A stretch of DNA of 64,000 bases, taken from Raillietiella orientalis (Eukaryota). Each line of letters begins with the position of its first letter. The stretch's first letter is position 1. The translations under genes were made by a program, and so were the position numbers. Shown here one piece after another: positions 22,201 to 53,644 of the stretch. The notes below the pieces were generated by a model, which saw only the letters and a program-made list of their open reading frames with translations, searched no databases and had not been told where the DNA came from. The DNA is taken from contig JAYWIR010000019.1 in NCBI GenBank assembly GCA_036172245.1, positions 2,108,001-2,172,000 of the forward strand, read 5' to 3'.

Positions 22201-25022
22201 TTTGTTTGTCAATGCATGCTTTGCCTGTTGTGCTACTGCTCGATGTTTATGTACCGTAATCTTTGCCCATTGCCACATGTGTACTACACGCTTATACTAA
22301 TACTACTAACTTGCAGATATAGATGCCTCTACCATGCCCGATGAACGGGCTATAATGACTTATGTTTCTTCTTATTATCATTGCTTTGCAGGCAAACAAA
22401 AGGTAAGTGCTATTATTTCTCCTTTTCTTTGTATCACTTTTTTTTTACATGCATATTTTGGTTCTTTACAGGCAGAGATGGCTGCCAATAGAATTTGCAA
22501 AGTGCTGAAAGTGAATCAGGAGAATGAACGTCTGATGGAAGAATATGAGCGTCTTGCTAGTGATGTAAGTGTACAGTGCAAATAATGAGCGACATTGTAT
22601 TTTCTTAAGTTGTTGGAATGGATTCGCTCAACCATGCCTTGGCTCCAGAACAGAAAGAGTGATGATTCATTAGGGATTGTTCAAAAAAAGCTTGAAGAAT
22701 ATCGCACATATCGACGCAAGCATAAACCACCAAGAGTTGAGCAAAAGGCCAAGCTGGAAACTAATTTCAACACACTACAAACCAAACTAAGATTAAGTAA
22801 TCGACCGGCATACATGCCCACAGAAGGAAAAATGGTTTCGGTAAGCTGCTATGGTACAAATCAGGGTTTTGAGTTTAGCTATCAGGATATTGCCAATGCT
22901 TGGAAAGATTTGGAAATATCAGAGAAGTCATTTGAAGAATGGCTTCTTGCTGAAATGATGAGGTCAGTTTCTTAGTTTCAAGAGTTTAATCTGTAGCTTA
23001 ATTGTATAGATTAGAACGCATTGATCATCTTGCAAAGAAATTCCACCACAAAGCAAATATTCATGAAAATTGGACCAAAGGCAAAGAAGAAATGCTACAG
23101 TCTCAAGATTTTCGTAATTGTCGTCTTAATGAACTCAAGGCACTGAAGAAAAAGCATGAAGCCTTTGAAAGTGACTTGGCTGCACATCAAGATCGTGTAG
23201 AACAGATTGCTGCTATTGCAGATGAACTAAAGTAAATGACTGTCATTCTTTATGTTCATGTGTTAGTTATCAATAGTATTCTCCATTACCATGATGTCTC
23301 AACAGTTAATGCAAGATGTCATAGGATTTGTAGCCAATGGGATAGACTGGGGTCTCTTACACAGCAAAGGCATAATGCTTTGGATGAGACTGAAAAGTTC
23401 CTTGAGAAAATAGATCATCTCCATTTGGAATTCGCTAAGAGAGCAGCAGTATGTTTTCACTGGTTACGTAGCATCAAGATTTTCTGTTTGTAGCCTTTCA
23501 ACAATTGGTTGGATGGAGCCCGTGAAGATCTTGTGGACATGTTCATAGTTCACACTGTAGATGAGATTCAAGGATTGATAGAAGCACACTCACAGTTTAA
23601 AGCAACTCTGGGAGAAGCTGACAAAGAATTTGGATCAATTTGTGCATTAGTGCAGGAAGTGGAAAATATTGCATGTCAGCACCATATACCTGGTGGCATA
23701 GAGAATCCCTACACTAGTTTAACTGCCAATGTGAGTAACATGAGTAAAATGTATACATTTTAAAATCTGTGCACAGATTATTAGTCAGAAATGGCAAGAA
23801 GTGTGCCATTTGGTACCCCAACGAGATAGCACATTGCATGCTGAGCTTCAAAAACAGCAACGTAAGCAAGTAGTATTCAGTTCTTTCTTTTACAATTTAA
23901 TACAGACAATGAGAAGCTGAGATGTCAATTCGCAGAAAAAGCTAATGTTGTTGGTCCATGGATTGAAAGGCAGTTAGATTCAGTTGCTTCAATTGGCATG
24001 GGTCTTCAAGTAAGTATCTACTAAATGTGTACCACTATATCCATTGAAAGGGCAATACGCTGGAAGATCAGTTGGTATGCTTACGTCAGTATGATCAAGC
24101 TGTACATGCGTATCGTCCTCATATAGAAGAACTTGAAAAAATTCACCAAGGGGTGCAGGAGTCGATGATTTTTGAAAACAGGTCTGTGCCCTTCATAACA
24201 GCAAATTTTACTGTGTTGTAGGTATACTCAGTATACCATGGATACATTGAGAGTTGGATGGGAACAATTGTTAACCTCTATTAATAGAAATATAAATGAA
24301 GTAGAAAATCAGATTTTAACCAGAGATTCTAAAGGTATAACTCAGGTAATAATGTAAATTTGATCAAGTGATCTTTCTTCTCTCTCCATAAGAACTGTAA
24401 TAACTGGAACTTAAAGATAACTGTATGAAGATTTTTCCTCATGTTACTGTTGACTGATGTATCCACAGTAACATTTGAATGTGTTGTAGGAGCAGCTCAA
24501 TGAGTTTCGCAGCAGCTTCAATCATTTTGATAGGAACAGAGCTGGAAGACTGACTCCTGAAGAATTTAAGTCCTGTCTCATTTCCTTAGGCTGCAGCATT
24601 GGAAAGGATAGACAGGTAGAAGAACAGTGTATCTCTACGCTGACTTACAGCTTTTTGTAGGGAGACATAGATTTTCAGCGCATTCTCGCTGTTGTCGATC
24701 CTAACAATACAAGCTATGTATCATTTGATGCCTTCCTGGACTTCATGACTCATGAAACTACAGACACCGACACTGCTGAACAAGTGATGGATTCATTCCG
24801 AATATTGGCTGGTGACAAGGTAATCTCATACAATATTACATGATTTTACAAGCAGTGGTGTAGCCTTATATCTTGCCGGATGAACTACGACGAATGTTGC
24901 CACCAGACCAAGCTGAATATTGCATTCATCGTATGCTTCCTTACAAAGGGCCTGGTAGTGTGCCAGGTGGATTGGATTATGTTACGTTTGCTACAGCATT
25001 ATATGGAGAATCAGATTTGTGA
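16292..25022 (+). CDS. Actn: Alpha-actinin (CH1-CH2 actin-binding domain, 4 spectrin repeats, EF-hands); 19 coding exons per isoform, ~893 aa
   Basis: Hallmark motifs [74 protein letters not shown] and C-terminal [12 protein letters not shown] exons: 16292-16396, 21259-21493, 21537-21711, 21756-21834, 21882-21963, [22084-22169 or 22317-22402], 22472-22564, 22610-22840, 22886-22962, 23010-23231, 23277-23448, 23494-23730, 23777-23861, 23906-24009, 24051-24181, 24222-24345, 24490-24615, 24661-24819, 24864-25022. Phases are consistent and the sum is 2682 nt. Confidence 0.97.
22084..22169 (+). CDS. Actn: Alpha-actinin mutually exclusive exon A ([29 protein letters not shown])
   Basis: 86 nt with CAG acceptor and GTAATC donor, phase 1 to 0; paralogous to exon B. 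Confidence 0.9.
22317..22402 (+). CDS. Actn: Alpha-actinin mutually exclusive exon B ([29 protein letters not shown])
   Basis: 86 nt with TACTAAC branch-site match at 22304-22310, CAG acceptor and GTAAGT donor; same phases as exon A. Confidence 0.9.
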
Positions 25023-25216
25023 AACTGCCAGTAATAATAAGTAACAGCGTGATTGTACCACATTTGCTGCTACTGATTATTGAGTAAGCCATCTAGTCTC
25101 TTTGAATCACAATGTGAACAAGCATCTTAACCTTAATTATGATTGCCATGCACGGGTTTCAAAGCCTTGTGGTGTTACGATCTATTTTTGGATGAATTTT
25201 TGCTATCAATTCATGC

Positions 25217-25243
25217 AATAAAACAATTTGCCAGAAAAATAAA
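25217..25243 (+). terminator. Candidate polyadenylation signals of alpha-actinin
   Basis: AATAAA at 25217-25222 and 25238-25243, ~200 nt after the stop codon. Confidence 0.55.
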
Positions 25244-25401
25244 AACTAGTAAATAGAAAATGGATTATATTGCATTACTATGGATGGAAGTTCTTATATA
25301 AACAGATATGGCACTTTATCAAATAGAAGGGAGAATCCCTGCAGACTAGATCCTTCACTGGAATGTTTGCTTATCACAAATGTATTTAATTTGTGCTAGA
25401 C

Positions 25402-45368
<19,967 letters not shown>

Positions 45369-45994
45369 GTATTGAAGACATGGCTGTTATTGCCATCAGA
45401 CTACTGTGATATGTGCATCTAGTTTTTTGTTAACAAATGTAGAAATTTTCAAATGTAAATATATTGTGTGATCACTCCAAGTGCGTGTTCGTTTTGTGGC
45501 CTCACGTGACGAATACGAATAGATCCCCTTTCGATCTGAGCGCTTTCTAAGGCATTTGAAGAACGTTAAAATTCATTACCCTTTATCAGCGAAAGTCGAT
45601 CATTAAACCAAAGTGTAATAAGAACGCCGCCATTGTAATAAGAATGAATATTGAAGGTAAGCAAGTTGGAAACTGACCGTGTAATTCCATGAAAAATATC
45701 CTCGCCCAAGGCTGACAATTTGGGGGATATCAGCAAACATAACATTCAGTAGTTTGCGGTGAGTTATATCTGGGCAGTAGTTATTATTGTATAGGGGATG
45801 AATTCCTGATTTGTAATTGACGTTTGTGATCAATGATCAGTGATGGCGTTCTGAACCTAGTAAGCGCACTAATGCCTCTGATAATAATACCTAATACCAC
45901 TAATGCCTCTGATTGCTTAATCTGGTCTTCATTTGCTTTGGCGGTAATTATTGCCTTAATAGGAACTGAGATTTGACGGAAGTAGGGTGTACAT

Positions 45995-46034
45995 TGTATA
46001 TGTATGTATATGTGTGTATATATATATATATGTA
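45995..46034. repeat. (TA/TG)n microsatellite
   Basis: Directly visible. Confidence 0.9.
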
Positions 46035-48754
46035 CGCGGGACGTGAGTATCCGTAAGCTTGATGTGTCAGATAGAAATACAACAGCTCGCCGAGCGCCCT
46101 GATGGCGAAAGGTGTAAGGAGAAATTAGGAAAATTGGAGCAAAAGCCCCAATGTCCCTCTCCCTCCGTGTGGTTTCACGGAGCCGCAAGTTTCCCGCTTG
46201 GGAAAGGTTGAGCTTGGACCGTGCGTGTCGTTTTCATGAAATTCAGCACTACTTTTAGATACCTCATAGCTGTTTCCAGGTTTTACGACATTTGCAACCG
46301 CAGGTGCCGCTGATCTCTCAGAGTCCGACAGCTTTTGTTATTATTTCAGTTTCCGAAAATGGGAGTCGTGTCATCCGAGAATTCCGATGGCCGCGATTTC
46401 TGCGATAAGTTTTCACTTCTGCTAATGCAAAGAACGTGGACGTACCACTCTTAACGATTCCATGCAGATGCAACAAATTCTTCGACTTGGGAAACGATCA
46501 GATGTACAGGGACGAGTCGCTGAAGATGTGACCTCTTCCTTTGCCTTGTCGTCAGTTTCCGGGACTTCCATGACATCACAGATCGGGAAACTTCGCGGAG
46601 AAAGTCAGGACCGATTCATTCCTCCACAGCACAAGAATATGTTGTTCAGGCTGTAACGAAACCATCCAGCATTCGTTATATCTCTGTACAGTGATGTTTG
46701 TACATTCAAGGAAATTGCATTTCTGAGCTGTGGGAAATTCCTTCGGGAAGATTCAAATGCGTCTGGATGAAAACAAAAGCATGCTTCTAAACTGTTTGTG
46801 AGTGGATGCTGTAGCGGTTTCTTTCTACAAGCTTCCTTTCAAGCGTGGGATGTTGGAAATGTTGATGCTGTATTTGATGTCGGCAGGTCTTCAAAGTAAT
46901 GCTGAAAATACCTGCACATGATGTACATAGTACTGGAAAAAAAAAACAAAAAACAATGAATTATAAGTTAACGAAGGAGTAGGGTTGGAAGAACCTTTTG
47001 ATGCAAGACTTTTCTGAAACATCTAACAGCACAGCTGCAGCACAGGTTTCCTGAAACTACGAAAATGGGAAGGCTCGAGACGCCCTGGGATACGTAAGGA
47101 ATGAATTTGTTTGAATGCTTGGATGTGGAGCTGCTTCCCAAGATGCGGAGGCGGCCACGCCCAGTGGCTACTAAAGGGACATTCTCGAAGGTTTTGAGTT
47201 GACCGCTCAGTCTTGGCGACAAGAACAGAGAGGCTGAAATCATGAAACCTTGCTGACGCCGTGGTCTGCAGCTTTATGATGTCTTTTTTTTTTGTTTCCA
47301 CACTCTGTAGAGTGCGAATGCACGTTCCGATCCAACTAAGGGATGACTGCTACGATGTCTTTTTGTCGCAGGGAAAGGTACTTCATGTTCCAACTAACGA
47401 GCGAAGTCGTCTGTACTGTACAAGGAAGTAGCGTGACCCTGTCAGTAGAAAGTTTTAATTTATCTCCGTAGACTGAGACGATTCGCTCCGTGAATTCTGT
47501 AGAAAAAAAAAAAAAAAAACTCTGCTGCTGCTCGTTTCGACATCTCAGTAGTGCTGATGTTCATAGGAGACATCGCTCAGCATTCTCAGTGCAACGTAAG
47601 CTTTAAGCACGGGGCAAACTTTTCGGCTTACACCTTCTTACTGCTTAATTGTACTGTGAGATGATGATGATTTACAGCAAGCAGGATGGATGAAACAAAC
47701 TTGTTCCATCTGCCGCGAAAGGCAGATGAAACAAACAAGAGGGGCTTTGCGAGATTTGTCTTGTGGAAACGGTAGTGGGGATGTTGAATGCTAATTTGAT
47801 TATCCAAGGAGAGCTGGCAAAGCAACAGCCATGGGTAGCAAACTTAAAAAAAGGGGGCGAAATGCTAATCAAACTATGACTTAGTGGATTTAAGGAATGA
47901 ATGCCGATTATTTGGGCAAAGAGGTAAGGACGAAAAGAAAGTGAATGCCAATTTATTTTCCTTTTAAATGGAATAGGGTTTTTTTTTTTTTTTTTTTGTT
48001 TTTTTGTTTACGGAAAATTTGTCTTGTTTTCCTTTAATAAATAAATTTCTCAGGAATGATGATCAACGAACAAATAATTTTTTTTCAGCAATTTTTCAAC
48101 GCGCCTATCTCCTCGATAGAAAATCCAGGAAGAGTTCGGAAGAAGGGAAAGTTGACTCTTTCTACAGGTGCACGGCAAGCACTAAATAATAAATCAATAT
48201 CTAATAATTTTGCTCAGTGAGTGCAAACGTGGGTCGATCTGTGTCTGTGGATGCTGCGAGTCAAGATTCCTTTTGGATTACGTGCACTCATTCGTCTCCA
48301 TGGACCGTGACGGCAGGCTTTCCCAATTACCGCATGTATCAGTGACTGCACGTGTTCTCTATTTATATAATTAGCTGCTCTGTGATCTCGGGAATCATTC
48401 CACAGACGGTCGACAAGTTCGAAGTCGGCAATGCACCGATTGTGGTCTGTCGAGGCGCTCCCTTTCTCGGTTGGACTCCGTCCACCTCCAGAGTCCGGGA
48501 GAGAACTCCTTGAAGAGCATTTCCCAGTCAGGATGGACACAGCGCCCCAGGAGTCGACGCCAACGACGTCCGTCCGTTGTTCGGTTCGAACTTCGAATCG
48601 AGGACCTTTACATGGTTAGATATGAATGAAGCACTCTATCGCTCTTAAACAGAGTGGATGCACACTGCACAGTAGGTAACTTTGCACTTGCCTTCGCATG
48701 CATGGGACGCCTCCCTCAGCCATTCCTCATATGATGTGAATCCCGCATGCATTC

Positions 48755-49640
48755 ATGGTGGTGTGTGGAATACAAGAGGAGCGTGTCCTAGTGTACGACT
48801 GCCCAGGTCGCGCAAGTCCCTTGGACTCTTGGCTTTTTGCCTCTGAATTGCACAGAATCTCGTCCCTCGTTTTAAAGTATGGCACCACGAATCGTCCACT
48901 GCCGAAAGTGACAAAGAGCTCTCTACCTCGTGGGAGATTGAATAATTCGAGGAGGTCCCTTATTGGTTCCGATTCCAGGCTACCACACTTTTTTGCTATC
49001 TGTGCTTGCACCGTTGCGAGCATGCACAGCTTTCCGGATGATGACCATTTCGTTTCGTTGCAAACGTGGCATCACTGGGTATGCGTAATTTTTGAAACGT
49101 TGACTTTTGGAGAATGGAGGTAGCGGACCCCTGGGAAAGGGAACCGGTGGACGTGTCTAATTTCCATCTCATCCTTTTGAAGATTGAGCGACTCCTCTGA
49201 GATAGGTCTAGATTCTTTGGCGATTGCAATGACCGCTGACGCGGTCTCCTGACCGAGGAGGCAGTTGTTGGTGCGCTTTGGTTTGCCACCGGTAAACCAT
49301 CGGATCTTCGCGGAGGAAAACGATGTCATGATCTCCGGTGAAGCTGCAGAGCCCTTGCGCTCTGGGCGTCCGCCAAGAATTTCTCAAGTTTCCGTTCGTG
49401 GGAAAGCTGTGGTGACCGAAAGGCGCTTTATGAAAATTGATCATTGCTGGTTGCTATGGGAGACGATGCGATCTCACGATAGTTCCGTGTTTCAGATGAG
49501 AAGCTCATTGTGTTCGATTTTTGGAATGCCTCCAGAGGTTCCGATTGGAATTTTCCACCAGGCTTCGGAAATTCCGTTTCCACGTCGACGCAGACGGAAG
49601 AAAGATGGCAGTGCTCGTGGTGTGTGGAGCGGTTGAGAAG
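48755..49640 (+). mobile_element. Decayed L1/Tx1-like ORF2 reverse-transcriptase core and downstream region
   Basis: Ordered motif remnants: RLPHFFAICA (PLSP.LFAI), SFPDD (F/YADD), VSVRGKAVV (LS..GK..V), KKDGSARGV (K..GG.GV); stops and frameshifts. Confidence 0.5.
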
Positions 49641-52600
49641 ACTTCACTCAACAATCAATAGATGCCAAAACCAATGTTTTTTGTTCGCCACTTTCTACAT
49701 AATTGCCCACGTGTTCCGAGAGGTACTTCACGACCTCCGCAGCTAGCGCGAAGTACAAATGCCAGCGTCTCTCACTTCTGTACTTTACATCGACGAAGAG
49801 GAACTTCGTTTGTCTTTTCAGCACGGCAGTACAGTTGTCAGACAAAATCAAGGCATGAATGGTTTGTGATGTGAGAGCAAATACAGTTGTCACTGTGCTC
49901 TGTCATCATTTTAATATAGAGAACAAAGCTGAATCAATTAAAGGAAAGCTCGAAACAAAGAATGCTGTGGGAAGCGCAACCGCAATCTGCCCACCTTCCG
50001 TGGTGATTTATGTTTCTCAAGAAGCAAAGGTGCGACTCATTCGTTTTGATTAGAATGAGGGGGGGGGGGGGGGGAGGGAGAGGGGAATGGAATGAAAAAA
50101 AATTTAGAATGAAAAACGAAACGATCATTTAAGCAGGATTGAAATCAGAACACCTCCAAACTAGGGAATGCTTTCACTCCATACATCTTTTCTTCATTAG
50201 TACCACGGGTGGCATTCATCTTCTGGAATGCAACGTTTATTCCAGGAAACATCTGTTATGGCTTCGGTTTTGTACAAGATGAGTCAGAAGCCTCCTCCTT
50301 TAATGGCGCGGCGCTAAACGATTTTCTTGTTTTATTGCGACCAAAAATCGTTTTCTGCGCTGGGAACGACGGCAGGGCAAAGACTCCCTGCTACTCCTAC
50401 CAATGAAGATCCGCAGGTGAACTTTACGGAAGCAGAATTTTCACTGTCCATGAAAAGCTGATGTCCTTCAATAGTTTTTCCTCCTCCTCCTCCTCCTTAC
50501 CATGCACAAGAGAAGTGTTAATAGCAAAAAAGTTCGATGGGTGCATCTTATTCGGAAATATGTTTCGCTCAATTTGGAACCAGCACTCAGTGCACTTTAC
50601 CAGTTTCATCATGAGCGTGGACCGGTGCCACGAGATTCAGATGCACCAAGGTTAGCTGTACGTTGTGGTTCCGTGAGAGTTGTAGAAAGACGCTTGCTTG
50701 CCACAGTTTCGTGTACATCAGAATTTTCCTCTAAGGTTACCTGTAGTAAATTGAGGAAGCTTCTATGGACTCCGGTAAATTGCACTTGGAGATGGTGCCC
50801 GAATGCCATCTGCAAGAGTCTACAGAATTTTTCTTTGTCTCCAACGGGCGATACGTTCTTAGGATTCTTCCGAGGGTGCGTCATATTCGATACCCTCAAA
50901 CTTCCAACTGATGGGTTGTCAAAGAGATGCTGAGGAAGTTCGTTCAACGCACAAAACTCTTCTGCTCCATAAACATAATTCACGGACGAAGGGCAAAAAG
51001 TTGCTCATTGATCTGATTTGGTTCACGTGCAGTAAAATCATCACACAGGTTCAATTAGAAGCCATTTGCATGATGGTGGCTGTAATTACGACACAATAAA
51101 GTCGAGATTCTGCAAAAAATTGCAGGAATAAAAAAGCGCAGATGTTATGGAAGAGATTTGGAAACAAAATTCGGCTACCTCACAGGTGAATGCATGCAGA
51201 GTTTGTTTTTTTTTTTTTTTCCCCCTCTTTTTTTACGCGCGTAACTGGCACACATATTTATGTGCACGGCTAGAAAAGCCACGCGAAGTTGTATGAAAGC
51301 GAACGCTAACGTAAATAAAAATACGCGAGGAAGAATCGCTACTGCAAAGCAGAAAAAACGAGTGCGTCAGACGAATGTCCTTTGCCTTGGATGTCACGAA
51401 TGTTTGGACGAGCTGACAGCCAAAGAGTTGACCCTTTCGGAGACGCTGAGAGAAATTTCGTCGCTCCAGGCAACGACGGCGGAGTGGCATTTTCGGAGCT
51501 CCCTTGGTTTACCTTTAACTCGCCCCGGTCTCCCTCCAGGCTGGATAGCGAAATCGGGAGCAGATTCTGCATTCTTCATTGGTGGGAAACTCCACGTGAA
51601 AGACGCGACTCCGCAGAAAGCAAAGATCGAAGAATTTAGGTGGCGGCAAAGACGACCAGCAGGAAAGATTTTACAAGGACGACCTCCTGAAACTTCTTGA
51701 AAGTTTCCAGAAATTTAACGCAAGGTAACTTGAATGCGCACGGTGGAAAGATGGCCGAGAACTTGACCGTGCGTTGACCACCAGCATCCCTGCTGAGGTC
51801 CATTTCTTGAAACGCGCTGGAAGAAAGCGAGTGAAACAAAAGCGCCACATCAAAACATTAGCTCTCTTTTAATAGCAGTTTCTGTCGGTAATCAGCAAGA
51901 AGACCGGGATGATGGGTTAAAAACATTGTCTTTGTTTCCTTTAATCACGAATCCCCATTTTCCGTTATGGCGCTCCCTACTCCCTCAGCCGAGCGCGTTC
52001 GTATCGCTCTGTTCGTTGACCAGGTGCTCTGAAAACCACCTGTCTTCGTCGCATGCTTTTCCACTCCTGTTTTCCCACCTGACATGAAATGCATACAGAG
52101 ATAATTACGCCAAGCAACAGAGTGGTTTGCCTACGATCAAAGAATCAATTGCGCTGTGTGCTTAAAGTGCGCTCTTGCAGTCACTCTGGGGGTTCGGGGG
52201 TGCGCGCGCGGGGGCAGGGATTCGAAAGCCGAGCGGAAGGATTTTGGGGTGTCCCTCATGAACGTGAGCATTTTTTTTTTTTTTTTTTTTTATCGCACGG
52301 AGCTCGCCGCAGGCGTGTTGACACGGGACCCTCCCCCATTCGTGCTGGTGTCGATCAAGCAGCAGAACAGCGGCTAGAAAATCCATCCCACAGGAACGGA
52401 AAATGCAGCGTCCATGATGCGAAGAAGCTCGAGGAGCTAAAGAGCACGCCATAAGTGATAATAAACAAAAAAAAACTTCTTGGTGATGTAAATGGGTTGC
52501 CGACTGCACGTCGGAGTGCGAAGGGGAGGGGGAGGGAAATAGGTATCTCCTTGCTGGAGCCTCGGTTGCTGTGCATCGCGTCTTTTTCCCACAGGAACTC

Positions 52601-52859
52601 GGCTGCTGACGATTCCTGCCCTCTTTCCCGAAATTCTCTTGGACTTGCTGTCTTCAGATGAATCATCGTTCCCAGCTAATGATTGTTTTCAGGCGACTGT
52701 GATCTCGGAGTTATCCTAGGGGCGTTCCCCGGATGGGAATTCGATTCCGTTGGAATTGGAACCCGGACTTGATTTATGGATCATTTCTCAGCTGTGAATA
52801 ATCGGGCGATGGTGCTGTGCACGGTGGTCATTCCGATAGCATTTCACGCTGGCCCCACC

Positions 52860-53290
52860 AAACCGAGAAATTAATTTTGATTCCAACAGGGCGATTTTGA
52901 TGTGTAGCGAGAGGCACGCGTTATCTGACCCTGGCCAACGAATTCAAAAAGTCTCGGAGGCAGCGTGACCGAATGGGGGAGGAGAAACGAACTGGGTTGT
53001 GGCTTGAACCTCTACCACGGCCTGAATGCGATTTTCCTCGGCCGAGGTACGTGCGGTGCTGCCGAAAGAAAGTTGCAGATGCCGGACCTTTGCTCCGTGA
53101 AACGAGGTGGTCAGCTGACATCCTCGTTTCGGCGTGCATCCGTTCTCGAGGCAGCAGCCGGGAACCCTGGCGGCCGGACTCTCACTTGTACTCGGAATGC
53201 TTCTTCTTCTTTCTAATTATTTCCTGCTTCAGACACATTTTTGAATGGAATTTAAATGGGATTATGGGAAAATTACGCAATGGCAGCAAT
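52860..53290 (+). mobile_element. Possible decayed LINE endonuclease-to-linker remnant
   Basis: GDFDV at 52890 (GDFN-like), then WRPDSHLYSE..F...I (WKLN.SLL....F...I-like) and LWE. Confidence 0.3.
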
Positions 53291-53601
53291 GCGACCTTTA
53301 AAACCCCATTCATTAGAGGAAAGGCTCGTTTTTGAGGACTGACGAAAGCGACGGAAAGGTGCGTCGTTCAGGCTCGATAAGATTACCTTGCCGTCCAGCA
53401 TCCCGCCAGCATGCGCGGCGTATGCGCATTGAATGAAAATTCCAGCAAGCCCCAAAGTTTCCTGCAAGTTCCTGGAATTTGAGACCACGGACGTTTTCTC
53501 GATAAGTTGTTTCCTTTCTTAAACGATTGTGCGCAGTTGGTCCAATGGAAGCTGAGGAGCTGCTCCACCTTCTTCCCGTGTGCGTGCGTTTGGCACTGTT
53601 T

Positions 53602-53602
<1 letters not shown>

Positions 53603-53642
<40 letters not shown>
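53603..53642 (+). repeat. A40 homopolymer
   Basis: Directly visible; the longest of many A/T tracts in the flanks. Confidence 0.95.
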
Positions 53643-53644
<2 letters not shown>

